Source of the DNA: an uncultured Pelagibacteraceae bacterium
GTDB lineage: Bacteria > Pseudomonadota > Alphaproteobacteria > Pelagibacterales > AG-422-B15
DNA length: 64,000 nt
Assembly: GCA_902604225.1 (NCBI GenBank)
Contig: CACKXV010000002.1
Location: 8,799 to 72,798 of the forward strand
Reading direction: 5' to 3'
The notes beneath the pieces were generated by a model that saw only the letters and a list, made by a program, of their open reading frames with translations, searched no databases and was not told the DNA's origin. Shown here in pieces: positions 28,729 to 37,100 of the stretch (positions are counted from its first letter, which is position 1; every line of letters begins with the position of its first letter). Position numbers and translations under genes: made by a program.

Positions 28729-30048
28729 TTAGCAATCAATAATATTTTTTCTTTCCCAATCTTTTTTGTCATCATCACTAACTTTATTGTGTTCTGCAAT
28801 CTCTCTTTTTTTAAGTTTTACGTATTGCGAGACTACTTTTGAACCTATAGATTTTTTTACAACTTCACTGGCTTTAAATTTATTTAGTGATTCTGTAAGA
28901 GACTGAGGTAGTTTTTTTATTCTTTTTAATTTGTGACCTTGTGAATACATATTCACATCAATTCTCTTACCCGGACTTCTCTTATTTTTTATTCCATCCA
29001 ATCCCATTGCAATTAAACCAGCTTGTAGAAGATATGGATTTACTGCACCATCAGCGGGCCTAAATTCTATCCGCCCTGTATCTGGTATTCTGATCATGTG
29101 TGTTCGATTGTTTCCTGAATACGTTACAGCGGTAGGTGAATACGTTGAGCCTGAATTGGTTGTTCTCGCATTCAAACGATCATAACTATTCAATGAAGGG
29201 TTAAACCATGCAGAAAATGAGTCTACAGATTTCATAATTCCACCAATAAAGTGGTAGCCCATTTTGGATAAGCCAAGCTCATTATCCTTATCAAGAAAAT
29301 AGTTTTTCTTCTTTTTTAAATCCCATAAGGATGCGTGCGCATGGCAACCATTGCCCGTTAAACTATTAAATGGCTTGGGCATAAAAGTTGCTCTTAATTC
29401 GTGTTTCTCAGCAATAGACTTTACCATAAACTTAAAAAAGACATGTCTATCTGCAGTCGTGAGTGAGTCAGTGTAATCCCAATTCATTTCATATTGCCCA
29501 TTTGCATCTTCATGATCGTTTTGGTACGGCTTCCACCCAAGTTTAATCATAGAGTCGCAAATCTCTTTTAAAATATCATAGCGCCTCATCAATGCTGCAA
29601 CATCATAACAAGGTTTTGGGGCATCATCTCTTGAGTCAGCAACTTTAGTCCCTTCTTCATTGAGTATAAAAAATTCACATTCCACGCCAGTCATCATTTT
29701 AAAATTAAGATCTGTCATTTGGTTAATTTGTTTTTTGAGAATGACACGCGGACACTGATCCATCGGCGCATTGTTAATCACCAGATCACTGGCCAACCAA
29801 CCGACATCAGGTTGCCATGGTAATTGTATCAGGCTCTCTGGGTCCGGAACGGCAAACATATCGGGGGCTGCAAAATCAAGGTCCAAGTAGGTTGCAAAAC
29901 CACCAAATCCAGCACCGGTTTTTTGCATATCAGAAATAGCGCGGGCTGGCACTAATTTCGCGCGTTGGATCCCGAATAAATCAACAAAACTTATTAAAAA
30001 GTATTTGATTTTCTTTTGCTGAGCGATCTTAGCTAAATTGCTTTTCAT
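28729..30048 (-). CDS. glutamine synthetase-like gamma-glutamyl ligase (GlnA/PuuA/GmaS family)
   Basis: GS motifs GVECEFFIL, NGCHAHASLWD, NSYDRL, RIPD..RIEFRPADGAVNPYL. I prefer ATG 30048 (MKSNLAK..) to the TTG at 30084 used in the ORF track. Confidence 0.85.
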   Translation of the reverse strand: MKSNLAKIAQQKKIKYFLISFVDLFGIQRAKLVPARAISDMQKTGAGFGGFATYLDLDFAAPDMFAVPDPESLIQLPWQPDVGWLASDLVINNAPMDQCPRVILKKQINQMTDLNFKMMTGVECEFFILNEEGTKVADSRDDAPKPCYDVAALMRRYDILKEICDSMIKLGWKPYQNDHEDANGQYEMNWDYTDSLTTADRHVFFKFMVKSIAEKHELRATFMPKPFNSLTGNGCHAHASLWDLKKKKNYFLDKDNELGLSKMGYHFIGGIMKSVDSFSAWFNPSLNSYDRLNARTTNSGSTYSPTAVTYSGNNRTHMIRIPDTGRIEFRPADGAVNPYLLQAGLIAMGLDGIKNKRSPGKRIDVNMYSQGHKLKRIKKLPQSLTESLNKFKASEVVKKSIGSKVVSQYVKLKKREIAEHNKVSDDDKKDWERKNIIDC

Positions 30049-30143
30049 AATTAGAATTATGACTTCCAATTTTTTTAAATTCAATAAGGATTATAAGCTA
30101 TATTTATGTTAACCAAGACCCATTTTGGGTATAACATCAAACT

Positions 30144-31208
30144 ATGGATTCAAGCTTAGAAGCAAAAAAAGAAAAAGTTATCGATCTCATTAATAAACTA
30201 GACGATAGCAACTTTGCATTATTGTTGCTAATTCACATCTCCCGGTATCAAAATTTATTTTTACATACAGATTCTGATTGGGAAAACAGCCCAACCAGTT
30301 GGTTGACAAAAGATAGACGACTACAAGATGAGTCTATAGGTGTTCTTTCGTTCATCATCCTTTATTCTCTTACCAATGCGCATGTGAATGCAGACCTTTT
30401 TCCTGAATATAGAAAGCAAATTGAGGCAATGCATCTTGAAGACTACTTGGATAATAATTTTTTTACAGGTCCATATAATAAGTTTATTGGAAAAAAAATA
30501 TCTCTTAAAGTTCTCGAGGCATTTTTTTCTATACCCCGTGAAAATATAAGACGATTCATAAATTCATTGATAGAGACTGGGTTTGTAAATAAAGATAAAA
30601 AGTATGGTTACCTTGTAAACATGGAGGCGTATGTTCAATATATATTTACTGATTCTCTAAGTAAAATTATGAAGTCACTTATGAGAACATTCGATGATAT
30701 TATCGTAAATCTTGAAGATAAGTATAAACTAAAATTAAATTTAAGACCTATTGGGACCATAAATCTAGGAAAAGTAAGGCCAGAAATCTGGAATCGGATA
30801 AGGTTACCTATGTATCACTTTTGGGTAAGAGTTTTAACACTAGACGGCAATGATTTAAACTTGACTCCTAATGATCGCGTTGTCTTGTCTGCATCAATCT
30901 ATTTTAGGAAACGAACTGGAATATTAAATTTTAAAACTATTTCTGATTTATACAAAAATGATTATCTTTTACCGACCAATATATCATCAATTTCTGAGGC
31001 ATCTAGAATGCCGAGAGAAACTGTGAGGAGGTGCAGTAATAAGTTAATAAAGATTGGACATTTAGAAAAAAAAGGACGTCAATTGTTTAGAATTAATTAC
31101 GCACATAAAGATGGAGAAGTAGCAACATTTATCAAGAATAAGGCAATAACGACGCGTGATATGATGAATTTTTACTTTAGTATTTATGAAGATCTAGCTC
31201 AGTCTTAA
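30144..31208 (+). CDS. uncharacterized protein with two winged-helix/HTH-like segments (putative regulator)
   Basis: Two MarR/Crp-like stretches: LEAFFSIPRENIRRFINSLIETGFVNKD and ISEASRMPRETVRRCSNKLIKIGHLEKKG. Divergent from the GS-like gene. Confidence 0.5.
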   Translation: MDSSLEAKKEKVIDLINKLDDSNFALLLLIHISRYQNLFLHTDSDWENSPTSWLTKDRRLQDESIGVLSFIILYSLTNAHVNADLFPEYRKQIEAMHLEDYLDNNFFTGPYNKFIGKKISLKVLEAFFSIPRENIRRFINSLIETGFVNKDKKYGYLVNMEAYVQYIFTDSLSKIMKSLMRTFDDIIVNLEDKYKLKLNLRPIGTINLGKVRPEIWNRIRLPMYHFWVRVLTLDGNDLNLTPNDRVVLSASIYFRKRTGILNFKTISDLYKNDYLLPTNISSISEASRMPRETVRRCSNKLIKIGHLEKKGRQLFRINYAHKDGEVATFIKNKAITTRDMMNFYFSIYEDLAQS

Positions 31209-33982
31209 ATTGAGCACATTAAAATAATTTCTTCATTACACACTAGTTCAGCTTCAACAATGGAGCTATTTTGGGAACTTAATTGTGTATCGAGTGCCTC
31301 CAGCATGGACTTTGCTTCACCCATTGGCACTGGACCAACAATTACTGAATAGTCATTTTTATCAAATTTATCGACATTGATATCATATTTAAGGAATCTG
31401 CTGTCAAATCCCATTACATCATAAATGTAATTCATAAAACTGAATGCAGAATTACCACGCGTATAAGATCCAATTTTTATATAAACAAATTCAGTTTTGC
31501 TGGTATCAACTGTTAATTCAGTCTCTTCAATATCACTTGCTTGGGCACTAAAAGCATTTGATGCTACTTCTGTTGGCTCTTCAATGAGTTGAGTTAAATC
31601 TTCTAACGCTTGAGATGCTTCTTCAGATAATTTATTTTCTAATTCAGCAGTATTGTTCAGTTCTGTAAGTAACTCTCTTGCAGTATTGGCTTCTTCTACA
31701 AGACTATTCTCATCAACAGTATTAATGATTTTCTTTTTTGGTAAAACGCTAATCAAATCTAATGTTTCTTCAGTATTATCAATTGTCGTTTCATCATTCG
31801 GTATGAGAGACGTATCTGCCTGGTTCTCAATTGTATCCATCTCTGTTATAGCTTCTTCTTCACTATCAATTGCAGATTCGTCGAGTATATTTTGAGCTTT
31901 TTTAAGTGTGTTATCTACTGAGTCTAATAAATCATTGAGACTATCGGCATCATTAATAACCATTTCATTTGAAACTGCATACTCATCTAAATCAATTTTT
32001 GGCTCTTCAATAATTTCTGCAATCTCGGGAATTTCATCAATTGATTCTGAGGCTTCTTCATTAGTTTCAATGTCTTTTTCAATTGTGAGGTTGTTCGCTT
32101 CTTTTTTATCCAAACCCAACTGGATAAGTTTTTGCCTTGCACCTTCACCTTCTTGGGCAAGAAATTGACCCTCATCCATAAATTGAAGTGTGAATCTATC
32201 TTCAACAGATACAAGTGCATTCGCAACTGAAACTTTTAATTTTATGCCAGATACGTCACTAGGAGGATTGCCCACAAATGATAAATCAGAAGTTAAAAAA
32301 GCGAGCCATCTTGGTAAAGCGGTGCCGTCTTCTTGTACAGCTTCATAACGCAATTTACCAGGCCCACTTATATTGAAAGTATTATCAGAAATTTGGAATT
32401 TATTACTGCTTTGCTGAGTGTTAATCGGATCATTGATTATTAAAAGCATCGGATCTTGTTCATTGATGGGAATTTCTACAGTCGCTTGATAATTCATGCC
32501 CCATTCAGCTAAATTCTTTTGAATATCATTACTTAGTTCTTCAATTGACATATTTTGATGATTTTCAGGTAAGATGTCCTTGCCAATTGAAGCATAAATT
32601 TGACCTATACTGTGCTGCATTTCTGAAAAAGCTAAATCTTTTCTTAATTCGGCAACTAAAAGACTCGCTTCTTCTCTGATAACTTCAAGTTCGCCAAATC
32701 TTGATACTTTTTGTGCATTTTGAACCTGTTTACTTATTCTTTTAGCTACATCTAAATATCTTTGAGCCGTATCATATTCCTCAATAGCAAGATCGTAGTT
32801 GATATTGGACAAATGAACTTGAGATAGTACTGTCATTGCAATTGCTAAATGTCTTTCAGCGATCAGTTCCTGGTTAGCTTTAGAGGCTTTTCTTGTCGCT
32901 CCGACAGAGAAAATATCAAATAAATTACCTCCAATTGATGCGCCATATTCATAGGTATCTTGATTAAACAAGTAATTATTATTTGTATAGCCGTAGGCGG
33001 CATTAAATTTTAAGCTTGGAATAAGAGCCAACATTGCAGCTCGCGTATCTTTACTTGAGATTCTTTTTTGGTAACGGCTTTCCATGAGCTCTGGTCTTGA
33101 AAGGAGAGCGATCTCTTCCATGGTTTGAATATCCATTTTAAGGTTCGTTAAGTATGAATTATTATCAGTCAGCGTAAAATCTTGATTAGGCAGTAGACCC
33201 ATCAGAGTTGCCAGCTCATTTTTAGAGTTTATAAGTGCTCGCTGCTGCGTTTGAAGTGTTCTCTGAACATCAAGCAGTTCCTTTTGATAAAGTAAGGAGT
33301 CCATAGGAGCTGAAATTAAAAGCTCTTCAATATATTGAGAGTCAGAGAGTGCGTCTTCAACTCTTTGAAGAAGTGGATTAAGTTTCATAAGAAGATTTTC
33401 AGATGCTTGAGCCTTCCAATAAGACCTAATAATATCTCGAGTAATATTTTGAATAGCTTTTCTCTCTAGTTCCTTGGCAATTAGATATCTGTCAGCTTGC
33501 TGTCCTGCTCTAATGTATGAGAGACCAAAGTCTAATGCATTCCAGGTGAATTCAATACCTCTTGTTTCTTGGCTTTTATCTCTCGAAATTGTATAACTCT
33601 CTGTTCCATCAAGTGAGGGAGCAGTACCACCATCAGTCGTAACAGTCTTACTCAAAGAAGGCTGTAACTTTGTGAACTCAGAATAACCCGCACTCAATGC
33701 AATATCAGGAAGCATGTCAAATTTTTGAAGATCTCTTTGTCTATTTGCCAATGCAGACTCCATTACACTTATTCTAAGATCTCGATTGTTTCTAATTGCG
33801 ATTGCAATTGCGGTATGCAAGTCAATATTTTGCAATGATGTATCAACGGTTAGTTCAGTAATATCTTCAGCAATTGAAAAACTTAAAGTTTCTGTATCAA
33901 TATTTTTTGGAGATCGCGCACAAGCAGCGAGTGCGATAAATAGGCAAAATATAATTATTTTTGTACTAATTCTTTTCATCAA
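31205..33982 (-). CDS. TolC/OprM-type outer-membrane efflux lipoprotein fused to a cadherin-like module, acidic linker and SPOR-like C-terminal domain
   Basis: Lipobox FIALAAC. About 450 aa of OEP-type helical repeats. ALPRWLAFLTSDLSFVGNPP..FTLQF (about nt 32180-32360). E/D/T/N-rich linker. C-terminus FVYIKIGSY..YSVIVGPVPMGEAKSMLEAL is SPOR-like. Confidence 0.8.
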   Translation of the reverse strand: MMKRISTKIIIFCLFIALAACARSPKNIDTETLSFSIAEDITELTVDTSLQNIDLHTAIAIAIRNNRDLRISVMESALANRQRDLQKFDMLPDIALSAGYSEFTKLQPSLSKTVTTDGGTAPSLDGTESYTISRDKSQETRGIEFTWNALDFGLSYIRAGQQADRYLIAKELERKAIQNITRDIIRSYWKAQASENLLMKLNPLLQRVEDALSDSQYIEELLISAPMDSLLYQKELLDVQRTLQTQQRALINSKNELATLMGLLPNQDFTLTDNNSYLTNLKMDIQTMEEIALLSRPELMESRYQKRISSKDTRAAMLALIPSLKFNAAYGYTNNNYLFNQDTYEYGASIGGNLFDIFSVGATRKASKANQELIAERHLAIAMTVLSQVHLSNINYDLAIEEYDTAQRYLDVAKRISKQVQNAQKVSRFGELEVIREEASLLVAELRKDLAFSEMQHSIGQIYASIGKDILPENHQNMSIEELSNDIQKNLAEWGMNYQATVEIPINEQDPMLLIINDPINTQQSSNKFQISDNTFNISGPGKLRYEAVQEDGTALPRWLAFLTSDLSFVGNPPSDVSGIKLKVSVANALVSVEDRFTLQFMDEGQFLAQEGEGARQKLIQLGLDKKEANNLTIEKDIETNEEASESIDEIPEIAEIIEEPKIDLDEYAVSNEMVINDADSLNDLLDSVDNTLKKAQNILDESAIDSEEEAITEMDTIENQADTSLIPNDETTIDNTEETLDLISVLPKKKIINTVDENSLVEEANTARELLTELNNTAELENKLSEEASQALEDLTQLIEEPTEVASNAFSAQASDIEETELTVDTSKTEFVYIKIGSYTRGNSAFSFMNYIYDVMGFDSRFLKYDINVDKFDKNDYSVIVGPVPMGEAKSMLEALDTQLSSQNSSIVEAELVCNEEIILMCSI

Positions 33983-34165
33983 TTAAGGATATCTTTTATC
34001 AATGGTATAAAGAAGGAAATATAGACAAATGGCTAAAAACTCTAAAAAAAATTTGCCCAAAATGGGTTATTAAAGCTTATGAGAGTACCTTTAGAATTTT
34101 AGTAATGTATAAAGAAAAGGCTTAATGCCAATAATCATACAAATGCGAAAAATTATATATAAAAA
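33983..34165. promoter_or_regulatory. divergent intergenic (promoter) region between the TolC-fusion gene and the giant gene
   Basis: 183-bp AT-rich spacer, one of the longest non-coding gaps in this compact window. No specific -35/-10 element or operator could be assigned confidently. Confidence 0.4.
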
Positions 34166-37100
34166 ATGAGCAATAAACTTATTCAGGCTTTGGAACCCCG
34201 TCTTATGCTGGATGGTGCTGCAGTAGCAACTGCAATTGATGCGGTTGATGATTTAGCTCAGTTTCAAAAATCCGAAAGCGATAAGTCATCTAAAGCAGAT
34301 CACTTCAAAGCTGATAAAGATACGAAACTACCTTTTGTAAATTTAGATACATCAGCTCAAAGTGCAAAATCAAGACAGATTATTTTTATCGATAGTACAG
34401 TTGAAGATATTGAAATTCTAATCAACAGTTTTGACAACAATACTGAAGTGCATGTTATACAAAGTGATCAAGATGGATTTGTTACTATGCAAAATATTTT
34501 ATCATCTCAAGAAAATATCGATGCGGTTCACATCATTGGTCACGGAAGTTTAGGACAGATTGCATTTGGTACAGCCGTATTAAACACTGATACATTAAAT
34601 GCTTATGAAAACATTCTCCAAGAGATTGGAACTAGTCTCTCAGAAAATGGAGACATTTTATTTTATGGTTGTAACGTTGCTGCAGATCAAAGTGGTGAGA
34701 TCTTAATTAATCAGATTGCAGACATCACAGATGCTGATGTAGCCGCATCAGATGATGTGACGGGTAAAGGAGGGGATTGGGACCTTGAGAAACATACAGG
34801 CATTATTGAAACCGAAAATGTTTCAGTGGTAGGCTATCAATATGCATTAGATAACGGTGTAACAGCAACTCAAAATGCTGTTGAAATACATAATTCAAAT
34901 ATGAATTTTATGGCAGGCGGCGGAGACTATCAAAATAACACTGGAGGTCAAACAGATCCAGGGGGAACCCGATACATCGTCACGCTTGAAAGAGGCAATG
35001 TCACAACAGGAAGTAATTTAGTTTTTGATTACGCAGTAGCCTCATCAAGTCATGATCCAGACAATGACGGCGCTGTTAATGTTTATATGGTTTTTCTAAA
35101 TGACTATGTAAATAGAAGATCCTTAAACGATAGAGGTATTATAACGTTTGATAATGAAATTCTTGGTATTTTTACCACTCCAGAAAATACAATAGCAAAA
35201 TCTGGTTACGATATGAGTACTGGTACCTATCCTTTAACAACTGGTTCAAAAAAAGTCCAGATGAGGGATTTGGAGTATCAGAATGATGGAGTTCCTCCAG
35301 GTGTAATGGGATCAGGAGATGCTTTTACCGTAACAGGGTCAAATAAAATTTTAACCATGGCTACAGATAATGGACTGAAAGGTGACTTCGTGAGGGTAGT
35401 CACGAGAGTAGCTGCTACAAATCAAGATCCTGTTGGTAATAACGACACTGGAGCTGCTAATGAAGATGCGAGTGTCTCTGTAAGTGCAGGTAGCGGTGTT
35501 TTGTCAAATGATACAGATCCTGACGGAGACTCACCACTTACTGTAAGTGCAATATCAGGAGGTTCTCTTGGATCAGCTTTAGATGGTAATTATGGACAAC
35601 TAACTTTAAGTGCAGATGGTAGTTACACTTATAACGCAAATAAAGATCTAGCAGACCCTCTAGATCCAGGTGATACAGCAACGGACACATTTACTTATAC
35701 GGTATCTGATGGAAATGGTGGAACAGATACAGCAACGCTTACGATAACTATTACAGGAGTAAACGACCCAATAACTGCAATAAATGATACTGATGCAGTA
35801 AATGAAGATGCAACAATTAATCGAAGCACTTCAGACTCGCAGGAACTTGATCATGATGATACGGACCCAGATGGTGATGACGCCTCTGGAAGCTTTACGA
35901 TTACGGCAATTCGTACTGGCAGGGAAGGTGCAAGTGGAACCAGTGGTACGGTTGGACAGGCATTGACGGGAACCTATGGTGTACTGACAGTTGATTCAGA
36001 TGGTAGTTATAGTTATGCGGCGACAACAAGTGGTGCAGATGGTTTAGCGCATGGAGCGACAGCAATTGATTACTTCACCTACACAGTTAGAGATCACAGT
36101 GGTGGCGATACAGATACTGCTGAACTTGCAATTACAGTCACAGGCGTTGGACCAGTAGCAGCGAATGATACGGGCGCAGTTGACGAAAATGCTACGCTAT
36201 CTAAAAACGCAGGTGCAGGCGTAATTGCAAACGATACAAGTGGTGATACAGAAAGCCTTGCCGTTACAGCCATAAGAACTGAAGCAGAAGACTCAGGAAG
36301 TGGAACAAGTGGAACAGTGGGACAAGCCTTAACCGGTACTTATGGTGTGTTAACATTGGATGCAGATGGAAGTTACACATATGTTGCCAATACCACAGCT
36401 GCTGAAGCATTGGATGCTGGAGACAGTGTAACAGATGTCTTTACTTATACTGTGGCAGATGATGATGACGCAAGTACAGACACAGGAACATTAACAATCA
36501 CCATTACAGGAGTTGATGATGATCCGGTTGGCGTTAACGATACTGGTGCTGTTAACGAGGATGCAACACTTGATGTTGACCAGGTAGGTAGCGGTGTTTT
36601 AGCTAACGATACCGATGCTGATACTGATGCAAGTTTAACAGTTTCAGCAATTTCTGGTGGAACTGTAGGACAAGCAAAAAATGGCACATATGGAGCACTT
36701 ACCTTAGCTTCTAATGGTACTTATACTTACGTGGCCAATCAAAGTGGGGCGGACGGCCTTGCTGCTGGCGCCACAGCAACAGATACCTTTACATATACAG
36801 TTAGTGATGGAGCAGGAACTACTGATACAGCTACTTTAACAATAACTGTTACGGGCATTGGGCCACAGGCTGTAAATGATACGGGAGCAGTTGATGAAGA
36901 TGATACTCTAAATGTCAATGAAGCATCGGGCGTTATAAGTAATGATGATGATAACAGTAGTTTCGATAGTGAGAGTTTGGCAGTTACAGGAATACGAACA
37001 GGGACTGAGTCTGGAAGTGGATCTGCAGGCTCAATTAATTCTGCTCTTACAGGAACCTATGGTCAGTTAACCATTCAAGCAAACGGTAGTTATGCTTATG

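Noticed and set aside
30108-30135. Partial palindrome GTTAACCAAGACCCATTTTGGGTATAAC in the GS-like/HTH-protein divergent spacer, considered as an operator
   Set aside because: Only a 5-bp core (ACCCA-TTT-TGGGT) and 4 outer bases in a different register pair up. That is too weak to call without comparative data.
31653-32226. ORFs 31653-31895(+), 31908-32168(+) and 31987-32226(-) within the TolC-fusion gene
   Set aside because: They lie in the acidic low-complexity linker, whose biased codon usage keeps other frames open by chance. The 925-aa frame is continuous and has recognisable domains on both sides.
34029-34073. 14-codon mini-ORF (MAKNSKKNLPKMGY) in the divergent spacer upstream of the giant gene, considered as a leader or precursor peptide for the PqqD-like/M50 protein
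   Set aside because: It is very short, has only a weak and distant purine-rich stretch as an RBS, and sits in an AT-rich region where such ORFs arise by chance. Nothing in the sequence supports it.
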